Assembly: GCA_041287455.1 (NCBI GenBank) | Contig: JBEULF010000067.1 | Coordinates: 103,663 to 127,662, forward strand | Reading direction: 5' to 3' | DNA length: 24,000 bases | DNA from: Sulfolobales archaeon | GTDB lineage: Archaea; Thermoproteota; Thermoprotei_A; Sulfolobales; AG1 | Part shown: in pieces, positions 8,085-17,528 of the stretch | How the letters are laid out: each line of letters opens with the position of its first letter | Numbering within the stretch: the stretch's first letter is position 1 | Program-made: the position numbers and the translations under genes | The notes under the pieces: model-generated | What the model was told of the DNA's origin: nothing | Seen by the model: only the letters and a program-made list of their open reading frames with translations | Databases searched by the model: none

Positions 8085-11000
8085 TCATGAGGAGGAGGTC
8101 AAAGTCAGATACTCTATCACTTTCTGAGCCTCTTTAAATCCATGCGTGCTCAAACTCTCTAAGATCATGCCTAAAGCTTTATCTCGATCTATGATTCTGT
8201 TGGCCACTCTATCTACTAACTCTTCTAACTCTCTACTAGCTCTCTCAGTCAGTATATCTGGGTACACACTCTCTATAGTGCTACTGATTTCGATGCCAAG
8301 TTTAGTAGGGATTAAATATCTCTTCACTCTGCTCTCGATCACGTATCCATGTTTTATATTATTCTCTATAGCTTTAGAATACGTACTAGGTCTACCTATT
8401 CTTCTCTCTCTCATCAGCCTAACTATCTCTCCTCCTGTAAAGAGTTTCACTCGAGACCCTCTTCTATATCTCATCTCTCTAATCTCTAAGATCTCTTCTG
8501 ACTCTAGCAACTCGTGAGGTATAGTATTGTAAGTGTTGTAGGCCTTTAGAAATCCTTCTTGGTAGACTCTACACAAACCCTCCACGCCCGTCTCGTAGCC
8601 TCCTATGTCAAATGTCACTCTACAATAATCAACCTCTGCTTCTATCATTTGACTAGCTATGAATCTCCTGAATATAAGATCATATAGCTTCTCGTGATCT
8701 TGTCTCATGTTTAGCGCGAATATCTCTCCGGATAGAGATGATTCTTTTATCTCATTGATATTCATCGAATACACGGGTCTAATAGCCTCGTGAGCTTTTT
8801 CCTCCCCCCAACTCCTGGGCTTAAAATATCTCTCTCCATAGACTCTCGATATATACTCTCTCGCTAGCTCTACACCGTTAGTAGACACGTGAGTAGAATC
8901 AGTTCTATGATAGGTTATCAAGCCCAGCTCAAACAGCTCTTGTGCTATTCTCATAGTCTTCTCTGGAGAGAATCTTAGGAAAAGGTCGGCCGCGGAGATC
9001 ATTTCATCTGTTGAAAATGGAGGTGGTGGAGACAAGATCTTTCTCTCTACTTCTACTTTCTTTATCTTCACAAGTCTCTCTCTAGAAATCTTCTCTAACT
9101 CCTCTCTGCTCTTCACGAATATTTTGAGAGGCTCTATAGGATAACTTCGGTCTGTGTAGATATAGACCCAGAACCCCAGCGAGTTCTTATACTCAGAATA
9201 TCTATCGACGATCCATTTAAGAACAGGTGTTTGCACTCTCCCAGCTCCGAGCCACTTCATTTTATACCTCTCTTGAAGTTCTCTACTAATAATAAAACCG
9301 ATCCATCTATCATCAACTCTTCTCACGATCTGAGCGTTCACAAGATCAAAGTTTATTGATCTAGGGTTTTCGAAGGCTTTTACAACAGCTTTTCTAGAGA
9401 TCTCGTGAAACTCTACTCTGTATATATTAGGATTATAGGGTTTGAGAAGATTGTATATGTCATAGGCTATCTTCTCTCCCTCCATATCAGGGTCTGTAGC
9501 GATAAAAATCAGATCTGCTGACTGAGCTAGTTTTCTCATCGTAGCAATAGTCGTCTCTTGAGATCTGATCTTACTACTACCGCATCTAGGACATCTATCT
9601 ACTCTCTCAGTAAACTGATATCCGCAAGACAAGCATCTTCTAATAAAACTATAGACGGGTGTGAAACTCTCGTTATACTCAACCCCGTAGAGACCTGAGT
9701 CTACAACTAGATCTGTTATGTGGCCTAGAGAGGGTATTACTTCCACCACGTACACCTTGTCTCGAGTCTTCAATGTGAACTCTCTAACAACTATATTATC
9801 GTAGATTCTCTTAGAGTTCGAGCCGAAGAGTTTCGAGATAGTACGTGCCTTAGTAGGCGATTCAACGATCATGAGTACTCTCTTGAGATCTATAGACACA
9901 CCCATACCTCTAAGATCATTATTAACACTGCTACTCGAGACGCTTCTCGTCCGGTTCTGCAGACGCTTCACACCATCCAGATCTATCTCTTCGAAGGATC
10001 TTATCTCGAACTCACTATACACTCTCTTCATCCTCTTCAAAAATAGATCTAGGAGATCTCTGTCTCTGAATAGTATCACAGAGAGTCCAAGCGTGAATCT
10101 ACCGTTTAGAATCCTCGAAGTCCTCCCAGACGCTTGAATATAGGTCATTATGTCGGGGACAAAAACAACTCTATCTCTAACGCTGATCACGCCTACTCTA
10201 GTAAGAATCTTCTCTTCACCAACTCTATTCATAAGCTCTTGAACAAGACCGATATAGTCTCTGAGAGTCTCAACAATCTTTCTATTGTGATAATGCTCAG
10301 AGTCTACTTCTCCAGATAATATCCTGCGAATCAAAGTGAGCTCCGAGAGTCTGAGACTTCTAACAAGTCTCAGAAGATCTTCGTAGGCTTTCTCTGCTTC
10401 GCTAAAACTCTTAGAGAGAGCGGATAAGACTAATCCTAGCTTCTTTGGGTCTCTGATAAAACTCTCTAGAGAGATCTTGTGTGCAGGCAGCTCTATGAAT
10501 ACAGCATTTTTAACCACTAGAGGAGCATCGATCCCTCGAACCGCTATCCCGTAGAAGCTTGCTGTAGCGATTATATAGTCGATCTCTTTATTTAAGAATT
10601 TCTTTAGATCATTTCTCTTAGAGAGAGCTATACCTATTTTAAAACCCTCACCCAACAGATCTTGATATAGATCCTCTGCTCTTCTATTAAATATCTTAGA
10701 CACGTAGATCATAGTGCCAGGGCCGAGAGTTTGCAACATGTCGCTTATGTCTTTATAGTCTCTCATCTCTCTATACGTGTCAATTATCTCTCGCACGTAA
10801 TCTAAGACTCCTCCAACATCAAAATCTAACACTTCTCTAAGAATCTTAGTTTTAGAACCACTTCTACCAGTGGCTGTCGACACTATTAATTGTCCTACTC
10901 TATTCGCCGCCTTGTACCTCAGTATGCTGGCTCTTAGAATCTCTATTTCTTCTCTGATCTTCTCATACAGATCTCTTCTATCGCTTACTTTGTATATTAA

Positions 11001-11810
11001 GAGGTCTTCTCTCAATCTATTTAATCTATACGCACTCTCAATAATACTCTCATCATATCCGAGCAACATTAAGATTCTCTCGGCATTTTTAGAACTCTTG
11101 AGAACAGCGTCCAGGTCGTCTGCTACTACTATGTCAAAATTTACTCTGTCAAGATCCTTGAATCTGCGAGATAGAATTGCAGAGGTTGTTACGAGAATAC
11201 CTCTCTCAGCGACAGAATCAATGATTTGAGACAGAGATACTCTACTCGTTGAATCATATAACAGAGCATTAATCTCGAGACCAAGTCTATCGGCGTAGAC
11301 TCTTAATCTGTCTAATGTTTGCCTCCCCAGTTCTCTCGTAGGAGTTATAAAATAGATCCTCTTACCATACTCGTACATGTACAGAGAGTATATTTGAAGA
11401 AGAGTAGACTTGCCAACTCCAGTAGGAGCTACTAGAGCGAAACTCTCGCCATCTAATAATCTTCGAATCCAAGACCTCTGTATAGGCCATAACTCGCCAC
11501 CTATAGCTCTAGCGAAGAATTTCTCAAATTCTCTTATCTCTTCATCTACGTATCTCATCACGCCATAGTCTCCCGGGTTTCTCAAGATCTCTGTTAAGAT
11601 TCTTCTCTTCTCAAGCAAATCTTTCTCTAGAGATAATAGTGTCTCAGGCACTCTCGGAAGACATTCTCTACACGGTAGCCCTAGTGAGAGTCTATGAGAA
11701 TCTATAGGTCCATGACATGCTGGACAAGAGTCTCTATAGATCACGCTCAACAGCTTGACCTGTGTAAACTGCTTACTATACTCTCTCGCGCTTAAAAATT
11801 CCACGTGCAT
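8085..11810 (-). CDS. rgy: Reverse gyrase (helicase-like domain fused to type IA topoisomerase)
   Basis: It has an N-terminal Zn finger (CPACHGPIDSHRLSLGLPCRECLP), Walker A VAPTGVGKST, VVADDLD, and helicase motif VI QASGRTSR. The topoisomerase part has Toprim LMIVESPTKARTISKLFG and IATDPDMEGEKIAYD, an inserted Zn finger (CLSCGYQF...CPRCGS), and the active-site Tyr in LITYHRTDSTHVS. I moved the start to ATG 11810 (MHVEFLSAREY...). The 118 extra codons in the track ORF (to 12164) are low-complexity and antisense to nnr. Confidence 0.95.
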   Translation of the reverse strand: MHVEFLSAREYSKQFTQVKLLSVIYRDSCPACHGPIDSHRLSLGLPCRECLPRVPETLLSLEKDLLEKRRILTEILRNPGDYGVMRYVDEEIREFEKFFARAIGGELWPIQRSWIRRLLDGESFALVAPTGVGKSTLLQIYSLYMYEYGKRIYFITPTRELGRQTLDRLRVYADRLGLEINALLYDSTSRVSLSQIIDSVAERGILVTTSAILSRRFKDLDRVNFDIVVADDLDAVLKSSKNAERILMLLGYDESIIESAYRLNRLREDLLIYKVSDRRDLYEKIREEIEILRASILRYKAANRVGQLIVSTATGRSGSKTKILREVLDFDVGGVLDYVREIIDTYREMRDYKDISDMLQTLGPGTMIYVSKIFNRRAEDLYQDLLGEGFKIGIALSKRNDLKKFLNKEIDYIIATASFYGIAVRGIDAPLVVKNAVFIELPAHKISLESFIRDPKKLGLVLSALSKSFSEAEKAYEDLLRLVRSLRLSELTLIRRILSGEVDSEHYHNRKIVETLRDYIGLVQELMNRVGEEKILTRVGVISVRDRVVFVPDIMTYIQASGRTSRILNGRFTLGLSVILFRDRDLLDLFLKRMKRVYSEFEIRSFEEIDLDGVKRLQNRTRSVSSSSVNNDLRGMGVSIDLKRVLMIVESPTKARTISKLFGSNSKRIYDNIVVREFTLKTRDKVYVVEVIPSLGHITDLVVDSGLYGVEYNESFTPVYSFIRRCLSCGYQFTERVDRCPRCGSSKIRSQETTIATMRKLAQSADLIFIATDPDMEGEKIAYDIYNLLKPYNPNIYRVEFHEISRKAVVKAFENPRSINFDLVNAQIVRRVDDRWIGFIISRELQERYKMKWLGAGRVQTPVLKWIVDRYSEYKNSLGFWVYIYTDRSYPIEPLKIFVKSREELEKISRERLVKIKKVEVERKILSPPPPFSTDEMISAADLFLRFSPEKTMRIAQELFELGLITYHRTDSTHVSTNGVELAREYISRVYGERYFKPRSWGEEKAHEAIRPVYSMNINEIKESSLSGEIFALNMRQDHEKLYDLIFRRFIASQMIEAEVDYCRVTFDIGGYETGVEGLCRVYQEGFLKAYNTYNTIPHELLESEEILEIREMRYRRGSRVKLFTGGEIVRLMRERRIGRPSTYSKAIENNIKHGYVIESRVKRYLIPTKLGIEISSTIESVYPDILTERASRELEELVDRVANRIIDRDKALGMILESLSTHGFKEAQKVIEYLTLTSSS

Positions 11811-11907
11811 TGAATCTAGCGATTTAATTACTCTACACAACGACTTTTCAAATGGTGGGATTTTGATTGTCAATATAAGCTGGAGAGAACCTGTTGACAC
11901 AGTGGAC

Positions 11908-13395
11908 ATGAGAGCTCTCGAGATCAACTCAAGCGCGCTAGGCGTCTCTACACTTCTTTTAATGGAGAACGCGGGAAGATCTGTTGCTGAGGAGATCTTA
12001 AGGAGATTCGGTAGAGATAAGAAGATTCTCGTGATAGCTGGGAGAGGAGGTAAGGCAGGCGACGGTTTTGTCGCGGCAAGACACTTGAAGAGCCTGGGAT
12101 ATAGAGTAGATGTTATGCTAACATCAGACCCCGAGGCTATAAGACACGAGGACGCCAAACACAATCTAAACGTGCTGCTGAGAAGCGGTTGGAGATTACT
12201 AAGATACGAGAGAGAGATTCCTAAAGACTACGATATAATAATAGACGCCATGCTAGGCACAGGTGTTAGAGGTCGTGTGAGAGGTGTTATAGCAGAGATT
12301 ATTGAGAAGATAAACTCTATAGATTCTTATAAAGTCTCTATAGACCTCCCCTCAGGAGTCGATCCTGACACCGGAGAGACTCTGGGCATATGCGTCAGAT
12401 CAGATCTGACTATAACTATGCACGCTCCGAAGAAAGGTCTCTTGAATAATAAAGAGTGTGTAGGCGAGCTAGTCGTAGTCAATATAGGAATACCCTCAGA
12501 AGCGTGGGAAGAGGTTGGTCCGGGAGATATTGAGGCTAGGATTAGGAAGAGAGAGAGAACAGCTAAGAAAGGTGATGCAGGTAGAGTACTAGTTATAGCC
12601 GGGTCTTATAAATATGTAGGAGCGCCATGGATAGCAGCACTGGCTGCTTGGGCTGCGGGGAGCGACCTAGTATACCTAGCCTCGCCTCGAGCTGTTATTG
12701 ACAAAGCTTTCTCGCCAGAGATCATACCTATAGAGCTAGAGGATAGAGAGCTTACTATGAGATCTCTCGAGATCTTGAGAGATTATATCGATAGAGTTGA
12801 TTCTGTAGCGCTGGGTCCTGGGATAGGCTTGTCGAGAGAGACCAGAGAGAGCGTAGGCTTATTGTTAGAAGAATTGAGTAAGAGTAAGAAGAATATTAAG
12901 ATCGTGATAGACGCTGACGCTCTAAAGATCCTGTCTGATCTAGATGTGAGATTTGGTTGGAAGGCTGTTTTAACACCACATCTAGGAGAAGCCTCTATAC
13001 TACTGAAGAAGAGTATCAATAATGATCCTATGTCTAGAAGAGAGGCTGCTTCAGAGATCTCAGAGAAGTATGAGGCTATAGTAGTGTTGAAGGGATACAT
13101 AGACTTCATGTGCGAGAGATCTAGGTGTAGGAGTAGAAGTATCATAGGAAATCCAGATATGACTAGAGGAGGGACTGGAGATGTTCTGACAGGTGTTATA
13201 GCATCGCTGATACCTAGAACTCGTAGTCTCTTCGAGGCAGCTTGTGCAGGTGTGGAGATTAACGCTATAGCAGGTGAGCTAGCTTATATCAGAAAAGGCT
13301 CTTCTTCACCTATGAACCTGATAGAGCTAATACCCGAGATAATCAAGGATCCTTTGAACAGCTTTAGAGAAGTATTGAGACAAAAAGAACTATAG
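11908..13395 (+). CDS. nnr: Bifunctional NAD(P)H-hydrate repair enzyme (YjeF_N epimerase + YjeF_C ADP-dependent dehydratase)
   Basis: The N-terminal half has LMENAGRSVA, GRGGKAGDGFVAARHL and DAMLGTG. The C-terminal half has KGDAGRVLVIAGS..YVGA and GGTGDVLTGVIASL. I moved the start to ATG 11908 (MRALEINS...); the track start at 11755 is a TTG inside the antisense of rgy. Confidence 0.9.
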   Translation: MRALEINSSALGVSTLLLMENAGRSVAEEILRRFGRDKKILVIAGRGGKAGDGFVAARHLKSLGYRVDVMLTSDPEAIRHEDAKHNLNVLLRSGWRLLRYEREIPKDYDIIIDAMLGTGVRGRVRGVIAEIIEKINSIDSYKVSIDLPSGVDPDTGETLGICVRSDLTITMHAPKKGLLNNKECVGELVVVNIGIPSEAWEEVGPGDIEARIRKRERTAKKGDAGRVLVIAGSYKYVGAPWIAALAAWAAGSDLVYLASPRAVIDKAFSPEIIPIELEDRELTMRSLEILRDYIDRVDSVALGPGIGLSRETRESVGLLLEELSKSKKNIKIVIDADALKILSDLDVRFGWKAVLTPHLGEASILLKKSINNDPMSRREAASEISEKYEAIVVLKGYIDFMCERSRCRSRSIIGNPDMTRGGTGDVLTGVIASLIPRTRSLFEAACAGVEINAIAGELAYIRKGSSSPMNLIELIPEIIKDPLNSFREVLRQKEL

Positions 13396-13408
13396 ATGCC
13401 TGTAGTTC

Positions 13409-14371
13409 TCACGCTGTGAATATCACGCGTGCCGGTGGAGCTGGTTTCGCGTTCACGATCTGTACTCTGAAACCACAGTCTCTATAAACATCTCTTATCT
13501 CTCTAACAATATCTTGCGCCCTGTCTCTAGGTGCTATAGTAAGTATACTAGGTCCCGCACCACTTATAACCGAGCCTAGAGCCCCTACTTTTCTAGCTCG
13601 AATCTTGACCAGATCTAGGCATGGTATATATTTAGATCTGACAGATTCTACCACTATATCATCTAGACCTTTAATTAAAGCACTATCATCTCCAAAAGTC
13701 AACCCGTATATAAGTGCTGCGAGTCTTGCTGAAGCTTCTACATGTGTGCTTAGCTCTATCACTCTAGGTAGTATTTTTCTCATAAAAGCTGTCTTATTCT
13801 TGATAGGCTCTATAATAGGTATCGAGAGTATAAAAGAATATTTAAAGTCTTCTCTAACTTCTAATCTCCTGATCTCTGGCAGAGGTTTGCTTGATAAAAC
13901 TAGTATGATTCCTCCGAGAGTAGATGCCGCCACATTATCATAGTGAGGCTCTCCAGCCGCGAAAGACTCTGCAAAACCTGCTAGCTCTATGATCTCTTCG
14001 GGAGAGAGTTTCACGTCTAGAGCCTTCGACAAGGCTATTATCGTGGCTACAATAGAAGAACCACTACTACCTAGACCACTGCTAACAGGCACTCCTTTCC
14101 AAAGTCTAATAGATATAGACATTCTCTTATCTCGAAGCAAGCTTAGTCTCTCGAGGAGTAGTCTGCTTGTATGAACAACTAGATTACTCTCGTCGTGAGG
14201 AACGTGAGAAGAGTAAGGACCTGAAACTTCTTCAAGCACGATCTCTCCAGAACCGTCTTTAGTCTCTACCTCAACCTCGTCCCAGAAAGCGTCTAAAGCT
14301 ACGGCCACTATATCAAAACCTGAGCCTAGATTGGCTGAGCTCGAATAAGCTCTGGCTCTCACTCTCGCCAT
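13409..14371 (-). CDS. thrB: Homoserine kinase (GHMP kinase family)
   Basis: 320 aa with an ATG start. It has N-terminal SSANLGSGFD and the GHMP phosphate-binding motif PVSSGLGSSGSS. Overall length and order are typical of ThrB. Confidence 0.85.
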   Translation of the reverse strand: MARVRARAYSSSANLGSGFDIVAVALDAFWDEVEVETKDGSGEIVLEEVSGPYSSHVPHDESNLVVHTSRLLLERLSLLRDKRMSISIRLWKGVPVSSGLGSSGSSIVATIIALSKALDVKLSPEEIIELAGFAESFAAGEPHYDNVAASTLGGIILVLSSKPLPEIRRLEVREDFKYSFILSIPIIEPIKNKTAFMRKILPRVIELSTHVEASARLAALIYGLTFGDDSALIKGLDDIVVESVRSKYIPCLDLVKIRARKVGALGSVISGAGPSILTIAPRDRAQDIVREIRDVYRDCGFRVQIVNAKPAPPARVIFTA

Positions 14372-14392
14372 AACCCACCCCCCCTCAGAGTC

Positions 14393-14404
14393 TTTTTATA
14401 AAAG
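14393..14404 (-). promoter_or_regulatory. TATA box (TTTTATAAAAAG on the minus strand) for thrB
   Basis: Its centre is about 27 nt upstream of the thrB ATG (14371), consistent with a leaderless or near-leaderless archaeal transcript. Confidence 0.45.
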
Positions 14405-14594
14405 GATTTGTAAGTAGCAAAATAAGTGTTTCTAATGATCTGTATCGCGAAAAGCAGATTCACAAGAGTAGATAGACTGATATTTCAACAACTGACCTCC
14501 TACCCGCCTTAGAGAGCGGAGGATTATCTTCGGCGGTTCATTAGTCTGTGGTTTATAGCATTCATCTTCACAGCTTCATCGCTGGCGGACAGTC

Positions 14595-14599
14595 AAAAA
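14595..14599 (-). terminator. T5 run (minus strand) 11-15 nt after the permease stop codon
   Basis: caaaaag on the + strand reads ctttttg on the coding strand. Oligo-T tracts are the usual archaeal termination signal. Confidence 0.3.
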
Positions 14600-14609
14600 G
14601 TCTCATAGG

Positions 14610-15956
14610 TCAAAAGCCCCACACAACTACCGATATGAGATAACATGCAACAAGTGATATGGTAGAGTAAGTCACAGTCGTAGCATAGATCTCTCTTAGA
14701 GTTAATCTTCTACTTAAATCTCTCTCCAACAGTCTAAATGCCACGTAGAGTGCCGGCGCTCCTGCCGCGGTGTAGTTACTTCCTAGAGTTCCCGAGAATA
14801 GTAAGGCCCAGTTATAAGGCCACGGGTTGTTTAGAACTCCGTCTATATAGAGATGTTTGAATGTTTTCAACATTATCAATATATACGCGTCGTGCTCGAC
14901 AAAAGCTACTATAGACGCTGAGATCCAGTATACTACTGTGTATCCTACGTAGAGCGTGGATGATAGTAGCGGTGTTAATTCTCTGGCTAATATGTCTAGC
15001 AATCCAGTCTCTTCTAGAGATCCTACCAAGATAAACAGCCCGATATAGAATAGTATCGCATTGAGATCTATACCTTCTTCTACTACTTTCTCAAAAGACA
15101 CTCTCTTAGAAGCTACTAGATATACCGCTACAAGTGTTGCTATTAGAAGAGGAAACACACCTAGCTTAATATCATATCCGACAAGATCGCTTATAGACCT
15201 TCTCAGAGCCATGAGAATGATAACCGAGATAAATGATATGAGAGAGGTCGCAACATACCTCTTATCATAGACTCTACTCCACTCACTACTTAAAATCTCT
15301 ACGTTGACCCTCCTCCTACTCAACTCTCTCAACAAGATCCTGCTCGAGAGAATAATAGTTATTATAAAAGATATGGTGAGAATAGGAAACGAGGCGGGTC
15401 TGCCTTGCATAAATATGAAATCGATAAACTCAGCTCCAAATATTACGTGGAGTAGCTGTGGAGGCAGATCTCCTAATAATAAAGCAGTCCCCATGAAATT
15501 AGCTGACAAAGCGATCATTATAGAAGGCTTAGCAGGATCCACCCCAGCTAGTCTTAGCAATCTCATAGCTATTGGTACTAGGAGTAGTACTACAAGCACA
15601 TTATCTACAAACATTGTTATCAGGCCAGCGAGAAGATTGAGATAGATCACTATAGCGTATATATTATTAGTTCTTTTGACCATATACCTTATCAAAAGAT
15701 CTATTAAACCTGAGTCACTCATATAGAAGCTAATCATCCACATACCCAGTAGAATAGATATTACATTCCAGTCGACATATGTAGAGAACGCTTTATAGAG
15801 ATCTGCTACTCCTAGAATTAGTATAAGTGCTACTCCTAATAGTGCAGCGTGAGATTCTTCTAGTCTTCTACTTATTATCAGAGATATAGAGAGAAGAAAA
15901 ACCGTTAATGACAGGATCTGAGGGATCTCTAGAGAAAACTCTATACACGGCCCCAC
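14610..15956 (-). CDS. ArsB/NhaD/CitMHS-superfamily anion or ion permease
   Basis: 448 aa with about 10-12 predicted TM segments. The overall pattern (two hydrophobic halves separated by a charged loop, LLRELSRRRVNVE) resembles ArsB/NhaD-type permeases. It starts at a GTG 9 nt after the thyX stop, so it is probably co-transcribed. Confidence 0.5.
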   Translation of the reverse strand: MGPCIEFSLEIPQILSLTVFLLSISLIISRRLEESHAALLGVALILILGVADLYKAFSTYVDWNVISILLGMWMISFYMSDSGLIDLLIRYMVKRTNNIYAIVIYLNLLAGLITMFVDNVLVVLLLVPIAMRLLRLAGVDPAKPSIMIALSANFMGTALLLGDLPPQLLHVIFGAEFIDFIFMQGRPASFPILTISFIITIILSSRILLRELSRRRVNVEILSSEWSRVYDKRYVATSLISFISVIILMALRRSISDLVGYDIKLGVFPLLIATLVAVYLVASKRVSFEKVVEEGIDLNAILFYIGLFILVGSLEETGLLDILARELTPLLSSTLYVGYTVVYWISASIVAFVEHDAYILIMLKTFKHLYIDGVLNNPWPYNWALLFSGTLGSNYTAAGAPALYVAFRLLERDLSRRLTLREIYATTVTYSTISLVACYLISVVVWGF

Positions 15957-15967
15957 TATTACTCGTG

Positions 15968-16834
15968 TTATGTGCTTAAAAAGTTTTTCGAATAGCTAGC
16001 GTATAGATTGTAAGAGTGTAAAACACATTTTCTAATACCTTCTCGAGGTATAAGTTCTCTACACCTCTCAATACTCAGCGGGATCTCTCTTTCTATCAGT
16101 TCTTCTAGAGAATATATCTCTCTAGAGAGCATATTAGAATCGATTAGACAGTAAGGTCCTACGTATTTGAAGAGTCTGGGATGAATCTTCATAAGCTCGT
16201 TTCTTAGAGCCCACGCTACGAGTCTAATCTCTTTCTGTGCGTGCGTGCACATTCTAAGTCCTAAGAAGTGAACTATCTCTCTAGCATTCATTGTCACAAT
16301 TATCTTTGTAGCTATGGCTTGCGGCAGTATGTATCTAGCCTCCTCTCTGCTAAGACCATTCTTTCTGAGAAACCAGTATAGAGCCACAGACCTCGCGTAC
16401 TCAGCGGCGATCTTAAGTCTCACACTCAAACCCCAGTCGGGGTCTATGAAGAATATCTCAGAGATCCTTTTATAAGACTCTACGTCTCCAGAGAGAATCT
16501 TCTCTGAGAGATTATACCAGTAGTCGCTGTCCTCAGGTTGTAGCAGCCTGTCATTATATCTCTGACTAAGCTGAGTATAGCTAGCTATCCTATGTCTAAC
16601 CAGCTGATGCGAACATACTCTAGAACAGATTATTTCAAACGTATAAGATGTATGCTCCCAAGGGCTTAGGTGTCCTCTTCTAAAAGTCTCTCTAATCCAC
16701 TCTTCGATCTCTTCATCACTCATTCTCTCCTCTATCTCGCTCACATCTCTAGAAGAGAGAGATCTCTTAGAAGCTATAGCTATCAAACGATCTCCTTCAG
16801 GATCATATCTTACGATAGTGACACGAGGTATCAT
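15968..16834 (-). CDS. thyX: Flavin-dependent thymidylate synthase
   Basis: It carries the ThyX signature RHRxxSxxxxSQRY as VRHRIASYTQLSQRY, plus SPWEH upstream. ATG start, with ttttatatt about 25-33 nt upstream. Confidence 0.9.
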   Translation of the reverse strand: MIPRVTIVRYDPEGDRLIAIASKRSLSSRDVSEIEERMSDEEIEEWIRETFRRGHLSPWEHTSYTFEIICSRVCSHQLVRHRIASYTQLSQRYNDRLLQPEDSDYWYNLSEKILSGDVESYKRISEIFFIDPDWGLSVRLKIAAEYARSVALYWFLRKNGLSREEARYILPQAIATKIIVTMNAREIVHFLGLRMCTHAQKEIRLVAWALRNELMKIHPRLFKYVGPYCLIDSNMLSREIYSLEELIEREIPLSIERCRELIPREGIRKCVLHSYNLYASYSKNFLST

Positions 16835-16894
16835 ACTAATAAATATCTCGGAATATAAAAAATAAAAATATGAAGCCCTCTAAGTAGCAGTACT

Positions 16895-17203
16895 CTAGGC
16901 AGGTAGACCTGTTATCCCATATGTATTCTTCCACTTCTCAAATTCTTCTCTCAGAGGACCTTCGAGAGGCTTACTAAATCTATACCACCCGTTCTTACTC
17001 TTAGCCTCGGCAGGAGCCTGTGAAGCTGGCCATATAGCATTCACAGGGCATATCTTGATACACTCAAAATCACTATCGCAAGTATCCCAGACATATCTAG
17101 CCTTGTTATTCTCATTCATCTCCATAGACTGTGTAGGACACACCGCTAGACAGGCACCACAACTAATACATATATCTTGATCTATAACTATTCTCTCTTT
17201 CAT
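16895..17203 (-). CDS. 4Fe-4S ferredoxin-domain protein with C-terminal extension
   Basis: It has CISCGACLAVCP (CxxCxxCxxxCP) plus a second, spaced motif CDSDFECIKICP. ATG 17203 (MKERIVIDQD...) is preferred because a GGTGAT Shine-Dalgarno-like element lies 5 nt upstream; the track start is GTG 17215. Confidence 0.75.
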   Translation of the reverse strand: MKERIVIDQDICISCGACLAVCPTQSMEMNENNKARYVWDTCDSDFECIKICPVNAIWPASQAPAEAKSKNGWYRFSKPLEGPLREEFEKWKNTYGITGLPA

Positions 17204-17362
17204 TAAAATCACCACTTTGTAATAGGATAAAAGATAATTTAAATTTTTCAGCCGTTATTAATACTCTACACAGTTTATTTAAATATTCCTAAAGAAATAC
17301 TAGACTGTGATCTGAGGTTTTTGATATTCTAAGAATATAAGAATACTCTATACCTGTACAGA

Positions 17363-17488
17363 GGCCGATCCCGGCTTGTAGAGGCTGCGAGTCCTTGCGG
17401 ACCTCACAGCCTCTACAACGCGGCCGGCTTAACTTCCGGGTTCGATATGAGTCCGGGTGTTGCCCGACCGCTATGGCCGGGTCGGCCG
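17363..17488 (-). rRNA. rrf: 5S ribosomal RNA (stand-alone gene)
   Basis: A GC-rich island in AT-rich DNA. The minus strand reads GGCCGACCCGGCCATAGCGGTCGGGCAACACCCGGACTCATATCGAACCCGGAAGTTAAGCCGGCCGCGTTGTAGAGGCTGTGAGGTCCGCAAGGACTCGCAGCCTCTACAAGCCGGGATCGGCC. The core AACACCCGGACTCAT.TCGAACCCGGAAGTTAAGCC is the conserved archaeal 5S loop B/C region, and the termini pair as helix I (6 bp + bulge + 6 bp). Ends are good to about +/-2 nt. Confidence 0.93.
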
Positions 17489-17511
17489 TGACTATTCTAT
17501 ACCTATCAGGC

Positions 17512-17524
17512 TTTTAAATTTTTT
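17512..17524 (-). promoter_or_regulatory. TATA box (AAAAAATTTAAAA on the minus strand) for the 5S rRNA gene
   Basis: The TTTAAA core is centred about 28 nt upstream of the inferred 5S 5' end (17487/17488). It lies only 5-17 nt after the Pop5 stop codon. Confidence 0.5.
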
Positions 17525-17528
17525 CTTT

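Noticed and set aside
5349-11810. Inteins in MCM or reverse gyrase
   Set aside because: Both proteins have normal intein-free lengths (695 and about 1241 aa), and their Walker, Toprim and active-site motifs are contiguous with no inserted Cys/Ser...HN block.
11755-11907. TTG-initiated 51-codon extension of nnr overlapping the reverse gyrase 5' end
   Set aside because: The conserved YjeF_N sequence starts right after ATG 11908 (MRALEINS..LMENAGR). The extension is antisense to rgy coding sequence, and a TATA-like caatataagc lies about 30 nt upstream of 11908.
11811-12164. 118-codon N-terminal extension of the reverse gyrase ORF (MCLASSCLIASG...)
   Set aside because: The extension is low-complexity, has no reverse gyrase homology and runs antisense through the nnr start region. 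The conserved N-terminal zinc finger begins just after the internal ATG at 11810, which has an AT-rich promoter-like stretch upstream.
14435-14480. Possible second C/D box sRNA (ATGATCT ... CAGA ... CTGA) upstream of thrB
   Set aside because: The C box is imperfect, no C' box is recognisable and the spacer lengths do not fit the 12-nt rule. This is far weaker than the 18993..19040 candidate.
2934-15645. Other nested or antisense track ORFs: 2934..3143-, 4838..5188+, 5535..5840+, 5938..6267+, 6394..6648+, 7074..7367+, 7400..7582+, 8146..8517+, 9871..10319+, 10870..11229+, 12783..13145-, 13605..14174+, 15061..15645+
   Set aside because: Each lies fully inside a strongly supported gene on the opposite strand and has a biased S/L/R/I composition. 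This is the expected stop-poor antisense frame of AGA/GAG/ATA-rich coding sequence.
17325-17345. Near-palindrome TATTCTAAGAATA just downstream of the 5S 3' end
   Set aside because: It is short and AT-rich, with a loop too small for a hairpin. It is most simply part of the T-rich 5S termination region, and nothing suggests a specific function.
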